A stretch of 64,000 nt of DNA from positions 25,772,299-25,836,298 of the forward strand of contig NC_134025.1 of NCBI RefSeq assembly GCF_964204645.1, given 5' to 3'. The position numbers and the translations under genes are program-made. Position 1 is the first letter of the stretch. The number at the start of each line of letters is the position of its first letter. Of this stretch, positions 1-12,210 are shown piece after piece. The notes beneath the pieces were generated by a model, which worked only from the letters and a program-made list of their open reading frames with translations, was not told the DNA's origin and searched no databases. The stretch is from Tubulanus polymorphus. Lineage: Eukaryota > Animalia > Nemertea.

Positions 1-336
1 TATTGATGATTCATCCAAGTGTGAAGTGTCAACAGTCCAACACTGAAAATAAATTTTGACAGTTCCTTTTTGAATTTTATAGTAGTTGTAGGTTTCTTCG
101 AACCGTAAAGGTAAATTGAGAAGTTTCTAGATTACAAAGTTAAGAAATAAGGATTAGATTTAGAAACCATAAATGGGTCTATTGATTTGCGTGTCAGAAA
201 GAAGTAAACAGAATTGAATATATTTACCAGCCCGAACTTAAAAAAATTAAGTTTTTGACATGTCAATGTGCGGTGGCTTCCTGAAATAACTTCTTTTCAA
301 GATCTGATATATTTTTGCTTATTTTCAATGGGAAAG

Positions 337-1920
337 ATGCCACTGGAATGGTTATTTGGGCGCAAGAAAACGCCGGAGGAAATGCTTCGGCAGAACCAGC
401 GGTTGTTGACTCGCGCGATGAGAGATCTGGACCGGGAGCGGTCGAAGATGGAACAACAAGAGAAAAAGGTCATCAATGATATAAAAAAGATGGCAAAAGA
501 AGGTCAAATGGTAAGTAGTAATTATAAGAAGGAAAATTACAATTGTGTGCGATGACTGTCGCTCCAACTGCATAGAATCCCCTTGCCTCGGAAAAAATTG
601 ATTGGTGTCTTGAGATCCAGGGATTCAGCAAACAGTACTGAAAGTACATTTCTAGATAAGAGCAAAATCAAATTCTCTTATTCTATTTTTTTCTTGTATT
701 CTGTTTCATATATGGTATATACAAAATGATTGTATTATTTGATTATTATATTATATATTATTTAATTTTAATTAAATTAGGATGCAGTTAAGATCATGGC
801 TAAAGATTTGGTGCGAACTCGACGTTATGTGAAAAAATTCATTCTGATGAAAGCTAATATTCAAGCGGTTTCATTGAAGATTCAGACACTTAGGTCAAAT
901 AATACCATGGCCCAGGCTATGAAAGGTGTCACAAAGGCTATGCAAACTATGAATAAACAGGTAAAAATTGCTACAAGAGGATTCATTACTTTCATGTGAT
1001 GGTTTTGTTATTTCATTCGGTTGACACCAAATCTTGTGTGGGTAAAACTTTTCGTTGAAGCCTTATCATCTGAATTTATCTATCAGAATTTCATTTCCAT
1101 CTATGTTTTTTTAATTTTCAGTTGAAACTACCGCAGATACAGAAGATCATGATGGAATTCGAAAAACAATCGGAGATCATGGACATGAAAGAGGAAATGA
1201 TGAATGACGCGATAGATGATGCAATGGGAGATGAGGATGATGAAGATGAAAGGTGAGAGATTGATTTAGTCGATGACAGATTTTGAAAAAATTATCTGTA
1301 AAATGCCGGTACCACTTACACAGAGTTGTGAGTGTAGATTACTTGAAACTTACCAACAGTTAGGGTAACTGGCTCCAGAATATTGATAAGAGTCTAGAGT
1401 CTCACCTACTCACTTACTCACAACTTTTTCACTGTACATGTATTTCATCATTCCACCTGTTAGAAAACAGCAGAATTTTCATGTATTCAAAAGAATTTTT
1501 AATTCTTGAATTTTAGTCATCAATTGTGGGATTTCGCATTAATCATATTTTTTACCAACAATGAGTGTCTTTCAACAATGGATATACTAGTCTAAATGTG
1601 TTTCATGCTTCATTCTAGCGATGCTATTGTCTCACAAGTATTAGACGAATTAGGTCTACAAATGGCTGACCAGCTCTCAGGTAAAAACATTCATTTAAGT
1701 CATAATAAATTCTTTCATATTAGTATCTTATTGGTAAGTTAGGTAATTATCGGTAATATTGTTTACTATAGATATCCCAACGACCGGTGGAACAATTGCG
1801 ACCCCAGCATCGAAACAACCGGCAGCTGCTGCAGCTGCTGCAGGAGGAGGTGCCACTGGAGGAGTAAGCGATGCGGATGCTGATTTGGAGGCGAGATTAG
1901 AGAATCTTCGCCGACTTTGA
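337..1920 (+). CDS. CHMP2A: Charged multivesicular body protein 2A (ESCRT-III, Vps2); 5 coding exons ~337-510, 781-960, 1122-1252, 1619-1680, 1772-1920
   Basis: Spliced translation MPLEWLFGRKKTPEEMLRQNQR...MAKDLVRTRRYVKKFILMKANIQAVSLKIQTL...LPQIQKIMMEFEKQSEIMDMKEEMMNDAIDDAM...DADLEARLENLRRL*; GT-AG introns; C-terminal MIM1 motif. Confidence 0.97.
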
Positions 1921-2436
1921 ATTAATCCATGGAAGTGCGATAGACAATTCTTCTTCACGTACATGATGAAAAATCAAAGCTTCACAGATTGTCTGAAAGG
2001 GAACTATCTCTGTGCTTTTTAACAATTTGTGTTTAGTTATAATGTGACAGCCATATGACTGTTGTTGTAAGGCGAATCACAGAGAAAGAGTTATGATGAT
2101 TGTCTCGAAGATCTTGTTTGAACTTATATACATATATTGTAAATAGATTACATAATACATGTATGTAGTTGATGGTATATTTATTCATTATTGAAGGCAA
2201 TGATTCGTGTCTAATGTTATCTGCTGAGGCTGTTTCATAGTTATCTCTTTGTAAAGAAATGTTTGCTGCAAAGTCAAGCATCATACGTTTTATATGTTGA
2301 AAATACATGTAGTTTGTAAATTGATAAACATAATAAATATGTACATATACTTTCGCAATATCGACTAGTCAATTCGGATAGTCTAGTATCAAGTGGTTAC
2401 TGTTCTGTTCTTGGGTACCACTAGTCAAATCATCTT

Positions 2437-2523
2437 GGACCAGTTTTATAGACTGTTATTGTCTTTTAACACGAAGGGTTAGCCCCCAGGTTAAAGTTAA
2501 TACCAGTCAATAAAACTGGCCCC
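2437..2523. repeat. ~90-bp imperfect palindrome, MITE-like
   Basis: Arms GACCAGTTTTATAGACTGTTATT / AATACCAGTCAATAAAACTGGCC; a similar CAGGGGCC...GGCCCCTG element lies at 16621-16673. Confidence 0.5.
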
Positions 2524-2981
2524 TGGTATTCAGACTAGATGTCCACATTTATATCCTACTGTCCATCTCAGAATTCAACGCATCAATTACACTAGGACAG
2601 TGTTTTCGATGAACTAGTTTATTTTTCAGCGCTTTATAACTATATTACTATAAGTATCATACAATCAATGATCTATCCAGGAAACTAACATTGAATGATT
2701 CGAGATGCTACATTATTCTTCTATAATGAAATAGACAACAACAATGATATGTGATCCACGATTTGTGCTAGTACACACGATTCCTCAATGAGGACCTAGT
2801 CCCTGGTTTAGATATCAGCGTTTATTAGTTGAATATAATTTCAAGCATCAGATTTTCCTTCATCTTACTGGCGACGGTTCTGACACGTACTTCGTTCCTA
2901 AATCTGCTCAGCGGTGTGGCGTACCACTATTGTACAACAAACAACGAATAAATGCACTATAATCCTCTATGAGTGAATTGT

Positions 2982-5900
2982 TCACCTCGCACGAATCAGC
3001 AAATTCCCTAACGAGACGGGAAGCCATTGTCCTCCACCATCATTCATGAACACAACGCGCTTATCAATACTAATTGTCACACTACCAAACTGATATACTG
3101 GTTTCGCCTTGTAGTATTTGTTGGGTATTGGATAAAATGCCAGATCATGTTCATGCGCCTGAAAGGAGACAAGATACCGGTATATACTTCAATCTCTATC
3201 AGTTTTACAATCTTAACTGAGGCCCAGATACAAATAAATAGACACCTAGGAAATGAATGCACATCAAAGTAAATAAATGATAATCAATATACCAGATAGG
3301 CAAAGGTAATAGTACCATTGCCTACTCTTAATACTAATAGGAAAATAAATCATTTTGGAAGTATTTTTGTGTACCTTTTGCTCAATAAGTTCTCTAAACG
3401 TCTCTGGAATAACTTCAACAACTGGGGTGGTCTGCATTGCGGGTTGCTGAAAACATAAATAGAATATTTAAACGATAACCATTCAAATGTATACAGTAAT
3501 GATTTGAAACAAAGCCCTTGAGAATAAGAAAATGTACCTCGGGTGCAGCCCTTGATTTTTCAGCATATTCGAAACCTAGTCTTCGTTCCTGATGAGTCAG
3601 GTACGCTATATTCTCTCTAGCACCTGGTTGATTCATTGATCCTACAGCCCTGTTCATTATCATAAGGCCCTTATTAAACATCTCTGTAAATTGATAAATA
3701 AATGCTAAGTATGAATGAGAATATCACCAACTCACTCAACGACAATTCATTTACCTTTGATATTTGGATGTGCAAGGTATTCTTCAGGTATCATAGATTT
3801 CCAGCCAAGATACCATTTTGTTACTTCGTCATAATTTGGATTATTAGTAAGCCATGTTGTTAAAACTTGCAACCACTTCTGGAAGAAGCATTTCTCCAAC
3901 ATTGGTATCATGTGCACGGCTGGAATAATCTCTTCCCATGACATTACCCAGTTCCAGGGGTCTTTGAAAATAAGAATAATGATAATACATATCAGCATGT
4001 AAGAAGAATATATACCAAATAACTTACAGGTAACGAAAAGGATTTACCGGGTAGTTCTACTTACCTAACATTTGCTGGTGTGGATTAATGATAAACTCCT
4101 GCATACACAGAGTTAATTTCGGAAGAATGTGTTTTAATACAAACACTTCAGTATGACATCTTCCAAACACCGGAATCCAAGGTTTCAGTATAAGTTTAGC
4201 AGAAGGATCTGACGGATGCCAGTTGGTGAGCGCGTTGCCGAGTTTGTGTCTGATTGGTCCGTATAACGGTTCAAGTCGATCACCTGAAAAATATTCATAC
4301 ATAATATACTTTTCTTTCGAACGTTATAGATGATAAACAGATGGTTTAATATATATGTTTTACGTACCCATAAGTGGAAGCCATGGGTGAAGCCAGGCAT
4401 GAATAGGCATTGTGTCGGTTAGTGGATTCCAGTTATCAACTTCTTCATTGAGTTTCGGAAATACTGATTGATCAAGAATGTTTTCCATGATCCACGTAGG
4501 TAGCAAAGGTATCCACTTCTCCAGAAAATCAATTAATGGGTCGCAAATTCTGACATTCCACTCGCTTTTAATAGAAAACACATCAGTTCTTACTTATCAA
4601 AAGAGTATGTATACCTCAGATATATTGAGCTATTGATCGCAACAGCGTCTTACCGAATACTTAGTCTGACAAAAGGCATCCATATTTCCCACATTAATCG
4701 GTCGTAGGGATCCATAGATTCAGCACTGTGTGAAAATGTCACACTAGCATCTTGTAAAACATCCTTCCATAACTGAAAACTTTCCATGCCACAGCTTGGA
4801 TTCACCAATGGCTGCCAGTCTTTCAGTTCCCGTTTCACCTAAATAATAGAAATATTGCTATCTGTAATCAACAATTTGTAAGATTTTGCTTGTAACTTTC
4901 ATTCTTAGAACATATATTTCTCACCATTGGTGTGACTAGAGCAGTAGCTAACATGGATAAATTATAAATCTTATATTCCTCATAATATTCGTTCTGCAGG
5001 TCCTTAAACAGTTCCGCACATTCAGACATTGTCATTGGATTTTCACAACCTGCTTTTGTTCTCGATTCACAGCTAATGATTGAAAATAAAACCTCCAAAA
5101 TTAGCAAAACATTTTCAACTGTGAAGATGTAACAAAACATGATTTCTCCTCGAGAAACTTACGCTTCGACGATGTTCAAAATTTTCTGCAATTTTTCGAT
5201 TTGTTGGGACTCATTATCCAGTACTTTTTCTAACTTTTCTTGTTCAAATTTCAGATTCACCGTCATATCTTTAGCATGTTTCAACCTGAAACCCATTCAA
5301 TACAAATATTTATGTAGATGGCATGAACTTAACGAATTAACTATCTATTCTTTCATACTGAACTTACTTCCTATCATTATCAATAATCTCTTCCTCTGAC
5401 ATGTCGACCAACATGTTCAGATTATGGCACAGTTCAGGCATATCGAACACCCTACGCTCATGCTGTAATGCGCTGTACAATTCTTCCTCATCTTCAGGTC
5501 GGTCGTGTCTTGAATGAATCGCGTGATAACCTTTAAAAACAATCAGCGAATTCAAAATGAATTATTATGAAATACAGTTGTTTTTTAGTTCCCAGGGAAT
5601 GAATCAATTTTAGACTCGCAGTTGTGTGGTACTGGATTCTGGAAGTAAAATAGAAATTAACATACCAGATAAAACCCTCTGTTCTTTCTTAGTCATATCT
5701 ATCACTTTCACCTTTGACAGTTCACTTTGTACTGGTCGCTTCTTCTTGTAAGTGCTGACGCCATCATTGGAAAGAAGTTCATCGGCAGTTTTATAGTTAT
5801 ACTTTGGCTTTGCTTTCTTCTTATCTCCCTAAGTTGAGAATTAACTTTGAAAATCAAGCCTCGAGATCATTAAAGGATTGGGATAATAATTTGAAAGTTT

Positions 5901-6992
5901 GAGCATAAATTTCAAAGTCAGCTCTGAATAGATTATTTTATGAAATACATACATCGCCTTTTTTCCACTGATGTAACTTCTGTTTAAACTCTTTTTCTTC
6001 TTCTTCTTCGGAATCTGCTTCGACAGGAAAATCGATGAGAGACCTTTCTGAACGTTCCGTGCCGTAGAATCCAACTGCCGCTTTACCCTTCCTTTTAACG
6101 GCTTCTACCGGAGTGGCGATACCCTGGTGACTCGGCCCGAGACCTTTACCCGATTCAAAACCCCACTAGAAAAGAAAATAATAGGTTCCTTGTATTCCCG
6201 TAGAAACAACTTAACATTAGTAATCAAATGATTTTCAGAAAAATTACCTTTGCGAGCAATTTCTGACCAATTCCTTTTGTGTGCTTTTCCCATTGCCCAA
6301 ACTCCCTAAAATGTAAATAAATTCATTTACCGTAATCGAAGGCCCTTCAAAGAGATTGCATAAAATAACTAAGAAGGTAATCAGAATGAAGTGGTCATTA
6401 GCAAATGCATAGATCAAAAGAAAAGATTTCCTACTTATCAGCTTTGCCTTGTTGGAATGCTGATCTTCTGACAGGTTTCTGTTTAGCGCCACCAAATGAA
6501 GCTTTCTCTTCATCGCTAGAATCCTAAAAACACAAATTCAAACTATCAGATAAAAACCTTGAAAAGATGGATTAGAACTCGAGGATAATTCTAAAGCTAT
6601 GTCATTAGAAAAGAGATCATGATGATGTTTTCTTACGCTTTTAGGTTTGTCTTCTTTTTCATCTTCGTCCTCTTCTTTCGGTTGATCTTTAAAACCACCG
6701 CTGATGAAGCTTAACGGCGCTGTGAAGTCTTTACCGCCACGTTTCTTGCCTCCGAATCCGACTCGGTCATCATCGCTGTCTTCATCAGCCCAAATTCCTG
6801 ACATAAAGAGACAAGTTAAAATTATGATTCTCGGATTGTTATAGACCTAATTACATCTATTTATGAGAAAAATGAGTATATACCGTAAGTGGCTTGATGT
6901 TTAGTCTGACGAAATTGTCTTCTGTTTATGTTGAATTCATTGTCCAGATCGTTTTGAGTAATTTCGAACCTTTCGACTTCAGGGGATGACAT
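2982..6992 (-). CDS. TFIP11: Tuftelin-interacting protein 11 (Ntr1/Spp382; G-patch spliceosome disassembly factor), multi-exon
   Basis: Starts [20 protein letters not shown]; [11 protein letters not shown]; G-patch [25 protein letters not shown]; GCFC region [51 protein letters not shown]; stop at 2982-2984. Confidence 0.96.
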
Positions 6993-7653
6993 AATTCTTC
7001 AACAGTTCACATCATTTTCAAAATGAAAAAAAAGAATGACCATTGTTGAAGGGAATAATGACTAATTTTGACAGGTTTAGAAGGAGAAAGGGTCACACCA
7101 CGTTGTGTAGGCGGTCTTCAATTGTATCAATTGAGTACTACTGGGCCCTCTCCACCTAAGTCTAAAAAAATTAGCTTTTAAATAAGTTCGTTACAAGACG
7201 TGAGACGTTTTAGACATGAGAGTTAATTATTTATGTTCGAAGATGTGAATTTTTAAGCTACATTATTAGACAGAATTGATAGGTTTTGCCAGAGGCAGTT
7301 TTTGATGAATCCTTTTCCTGAAAGTAAAACAAAATTAAGCTATACCTAATTTCTGATATTCTACGAAAGCACGGGTTTATATGATCATTATATCATAATT
7401 TGAAACAGGTTAAACTGCAGCTATGCAGCATGTCCCGTGAGAGGACCTGGGGCCTGTGACGGGACATCCCTGTCCCGTCACAGGTCCCGATGGAAAATGA
7501 AAACTTTGCATTTCATAGACGAAATGTCGAAAGAAACTGCACTCGATCGGTTACTATATACACTCAAAATAATGTTAAGAACATGTTAATAATCGAAATT
7601 TGTTCGTAATTTTATTATTTCAGATCAATGATATCATCAAATCGAAACATTAA

Positions 7654-9279
7654 ACACTGTCCCGTGAGAGGACCCGATTTTAAATACTATCCCGTGAGAA
7701 GACCCGATTTTAGATACCGTCCCGTGAGAGGACCCGGTTCAACATACTGTACCGTGAGATGACCTGATTTTAAATACCGTCTCGTGAGAGGACCCGATTC
7801 AACACACTGTCCCGTGAGAGGACCCGAATCAACTTACTGTCCCGTGAGAGGACCCGGTTCAACACACTGTCCCGTGAGAGGACCCGGTTCAACACACTGT
7901 CCCGTGAGAGGACCCGATTCAACACACTGTCCCCTGAGAGGACCCGATTTTAAATACTGTCCCGTGAGAGGACTCGATTCAACACACTGTCCCGTGAGAG
8001 GACCCGATTTTAATAACTGTCCCGTGAGAGTTAATAACTGTCCCGTGAGAGGACTCGATTCAACACACTGTCCCGTGAGAGGACCCGATTTTAAATACTG
8101 TCCCGTGAGAGGACCCGATTTTGAATACTGTCCCGTGAGAGGGCCCGGTTTCAAATGATGTCCCGTGAGAGGGCCCGATTCAACACACTGTCCCGTGAGA
8201 GGACCCGATTCAACTTGCTGTCCCGTGAGAGGGCCCTATTCAACACACTGTCCCGTGAGAGGACCCGAATCAACACACTGTCCCGTGAGAGGACCCGATT
8301 TTTAATACTATCCCGTGAGAAGACCCGATTTTAGATACTGTCCCGTTAAAGGACCCGATTCAACACACTGTCCCGTGAGAGGACCCGAATCAACTTACTG
8401 TCCCGTGAGAGGACCCGGTTCAACACACTGTCCCGTGAGAGGACCCGGTTCAACACACTGTCCCGTGAGAGGACCCGATTTTAAATACTGTACCGTGAGA
8501 GGACCCGATTCAACACACTGTCCCGTGAGAGGACCCAATTTTAAATACTGTCCCGTGAGAGGACCCGATTTTGAATACTGTCCCGTGAGAGGGCCCGGTT
8601 TCAAATGATGTCCCGTGAGAGGGCCCGATTCAACACACTGTCCCGTGAGAGGACCCGATTCAACTTGCTGTCCCGTGAGAGGGCCCTATTCAACACACTG
8701 TCCCGTGAGAGGACCCGATTTTAAATACTGTCCCGTGAGAGGACTCGATTCAACACACTGTCCCGTGAGAGGACCCGATTTTAATAACTGTCCCGTGAGA
8801 GTTAATAACTGTCCCGTGAGAGGACTCGATTCAACACACTGTCCCGTGAGAGGACCCGATTTTAAATACTGTCCCGTGAGAGGACCCGAATCAACTTGCT
8901 GTCCCGTGAGAGGGACCGATTTTGAATACTGTCCCGTGAGAGGGCCTGGTTTCAAATAATGTCCCGTGAGAGGACCCGATTTTAAATACTGTCCCGTGAG
9001 AGGACCCGATTCAACACACTGTCCCGTGAGAGGACCCGATTTTAAATACTGTCCCGTGAGAGGACCCGATTTTGAATACTGTCCCGTGAGAGGACCCACT
9101 TTTAAATACTGTCCCGTGAGAGGACCCGATTTTGAATACTGTCCCGTGAGAGGACCCACTTTTAAATACTGTCCCGTGAGTGGACCCGAATCAACTTACT
9201 GTCCCGTGAGAGGACCCGATTCAACACACTGTCTCGTGAGGACCCGATTTTAAATTCTGTCCCGTGAGGGGACCCGGTT
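7654..9279 (+). repeat. Left 30-bp minisatellite arm (~54 units): CTGTCCCGTGAGAGGACCCG + 10-bp variable segment
   Basis: Direct 30-bp periodicity; variable parts include ATTCAACACA, ATTTTAAATA, AATCAACTTA, GTTCAACACA, ATTTTGAATA; two 21-bp deleted units near 8020 and 8790. Confidence 0.97.
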
Positions 9280-10126
9280 ATTCACCGACCCAATTCAAGT
9301 TGGTGAGTGGACCCGATTCGATTTCAACACGATTTCTACAAAAACTAGTTCTTGGTTAAGTTTGACATTAAGCTTGAGTTAAATTACATAATCGCGGGAA
9401 ATTAACTTCGAACGTTTTTAACTACTCGGGATTGTGCTTCTACCTTTCATCGACTTGTTTAGTTTATGTGACTAGATAAATGTGTTTTGAATTGAACAGT
9501 TTTCACCCACTGACGTTGCTGGGTTATTAAGATACATATTTCACCGTTGATGGATTTGTGAATGGTACTGTTTACAAAGTTACGCCGAAAGAGAAGCCCG
9601 ATAAATGCCTATTAGATAGATATGCCGTTGTTAAATGCCATTGTATAGATATGCCATTGTTAATGAGCTGTAACTTGTGCTCGGAGACGGGATTTTACGC
9701 GGTTACTTTCATGAGTATGTTTACATGTGTACTAGTTTAACACTCATTTTTCCATTCATGCATCACTATTTATTAATCGACCATAACTAAAAACGACCTG
9801 AAACTTTGTATATAAACCCATTCTAAAAATTGGAAAATCAGTTTCTTTTGAGACGCCTTATGATCAATGATTCCTGGTTGCTGCCATTAAATCGATGCCG
9901 AAGACCTCTTCAAAATGTTCAAATAGGAAAATCAGTTTCTTACATCCAGTCATCATTGTACGCATATTGTTGAAATAATAATTTCTTGTAATTTTTATAT
10001 ATGGCAAAAATACATTATCATTATGAACATGGGACTCAACATTGACAAAGTGGACAATTTCATTAGGTCTACCAATCCTAGAACAGTGGATCCAGCCAAC
10101 TAACGGCGAAGGACTCAAGTAACTAA

Positions 10127-12210
10127 ATCGGGGCCGGGTAGAAACCTGTCCTCTCACGGGACAGTATTTAAAATCGGGTCTTCTCACGGGACAGTATTTA
10201 AAATCGGGTCCTCTCGCGGGACAGTATTTAAAATTGGGTTCCTTCACAGGACAGTATTCAAAATCGGGTCCTCTCACGGGACAGTGTGTTGAACCGGGTC
10301 CTCTCGCAGGACAGTACTTAAAATTGGGTTCCTTCACGAGATAGTATTAAAAATTGGGTTCCTTCACGGGACAGTATTTAAAATCGGGTCCTCTCACGGG
10401 ACAGTTTGTTGAACCGGGTCCTCTCACGGGACAGCATTTAAAATCGGGTCCTCTCACGGGACAGTATTTAAAATAGGGTCCTCTTACGGGACAGTGTGTT
10501 GAATCGGGCCCTCTCACGGGACAGTGTGTTGAATCGGGCCCTCTCACGGGACAGTGTGTTGAATCGGGTCCTCTCACGGGACAGCATTGAAAATAGGGTC
10601 CTCTCACGGGAGAGAATGTTGAACCAGGTCCTCTCACGGGACAGTATTTAAAATAGGGTCCTCTCACGGGACATTATTTAAAATAGGGTCCTCTCACGGG
10701 ACAGTGTGTTGAATCGGGTCCTCTCACGGGACAGTATTTAAAATCGGGTCCTCTCACGGGACATTATTTGAAACCGGGCCCTCTCACGGGACAGCAAGTT
10801 GATTCGGGTCCTCTCACGGGACAGTATTTAAAATCGGGTCCTCTGACGGGACAGTGTGTTGAACCGGGTCCTCTCACGGGACAGTAAGTTGATTCGGGTC
10901 CTCTCCACGGGACATTATTTAAAATCGGTTCCTCTCTCGGGACAGTGTGTTGAACCGGGTCCTCTCACGGGACAGTAAGTTGATTCGGGTCCTCTCACGG
11001 GACAGTATTCAAAATCGGGTCCTCTCACGGGACAGTATTTAAAATCGGGTCCTCTCACGGGACAGTTTGTTGAACCGGGTCCTCTCACGGGACAGCATTT
11101 AAAATCGGGTCCTCTCACGGGACAGTATTTAAAATAGGGTCCTCTCACGGGACAGTGTGTTGAATCGGGCCCTCTCACGGGACAGTGTGTTGAATCGGGC
11201 CCTCTCACGGGACAGTGTGTTGAATCGGGTCCTCTCACGGGACAGTATTTAAAATAGGGTCCTCTCACGGGAGAGAATGTTGAACCAGGTCCTCTCACGG
11301 GACAGTATTTAAAATAGGGTCCTCTCACGGGACATTATTTAAAATCGGGTCCTCTCACGGGACAGTGTGTTGAATCGGGTCCTCTCACGGGACAGTATTT
11401 AAAATCGGGTCCTCTCACGGGACATTATTTGAAACCGGGCCCTCTCACGGGACAGCAAGTTGATTCGGGTCCTCTCACGGGACAGTATTTAAAATCGGGT
11501 CCTCTCACGGGACAGTGTGTTGAACCGGGTCCTCTCACGGGACAGTAAGTTGATTCGGGTCCTCTCACGGGACATTATTTAAAATCGGTTCCTCTCTCGG
11601 GACAGTGTGTTGAACCGGGTCCTCTCACGGGACAGTAAGTTGATTCGGGTCCTCTCACGGGACAGTATTCAAAATCGGGTCCTCTCACGGGACAGTATTT
11701 AAAATCGGGTCCTCTCACGGGACAGTTTGTTGAACCGGGTCCTCTCACGGGACAGCATTTAAAATCGGGTCCTCTCACGGGACAGTATTTAAAATAGGGT
11801 CCTCTCACGGGACAGTGTGTTGAATCGGGCCCTCTCACGGGACAGTGTGTTGAATCGGGCCCTCTCACGGGACAGTGTGTTGAATCGGGTCCTCTCACGG
11901 GACAGTATTTAAAATAGGGTCCTCTCACGGGAGAGAATGTTGAACCAGGTCCTCTCACGGGACAGTATTTAAAATAGGGTCCTCTCACGGGACATTATTT
12001 AAAATCGGGTCCTCTCACGGGACAGTGTGTTGAATCGGGTCCTCTCACGGGACAGCATTTAAAAGTGGCTCCTCTCACGGGACATTATTTAAAATCGGGT
12101 CCTCTCACGGGACAGTGTGTTGAACCGGGTCCTCTCACGGGACAGCATTTAAAATCGGGTCCTCTCACGGGACAGTGTGTTGATTCGGGTCCTCTCACGG
12201 GACGGTAACT
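10127..12210 (-). repeat. Right 30-bp minisatellite arm (~69 units), inverted relative to the left arm, with a 660-bp higher-order repeat
   Basis: CGGGTCCTCTCACGGGACAG every 30 bp; diagnostic variant GGGAGAGAATGTTGAACCAGG recurs at ~10608, 11269, 11929; ORF-track entries 10915-11328 and 11575-11988 are identical. Confidence 0.97.

Noticed and set aside
7654-9279. Tandem hammerhead ribozymes (GTCC-CGTGAGA-GGAC resembles stem II GUCCGUGAGGAC)
   Set aside because: The catalytic core CUGANGA and GAAA flanking the stem is absent in every unit examined.
9300-10120. Transposase remnant in the centre of the element
   Set aside because: Only short ORFs; a WDSTL peptide near 10030 is too weak a match to the hAT TRWNST motif. 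A translated HMM search would be needed.
7784-11988. Cys-rich decapeptide repeat proteins (CPVRGPDSTH)n in the ORF track
   Set aside because: A by-product of a 30-bp period; starts are mostly GTG/TTG, stops and frameshifts interrupt the frames, the ORFs occur on both arms, and there is no signal peptide or splice context.
7654-12210. CRISPR- or TIGR-like repeat-spacer array
   Set aside because: Variable segments are only 10 bp and reused many times, the context is a eukaryotic intron-rich genome, and no cas/tas-like gene is nearby.
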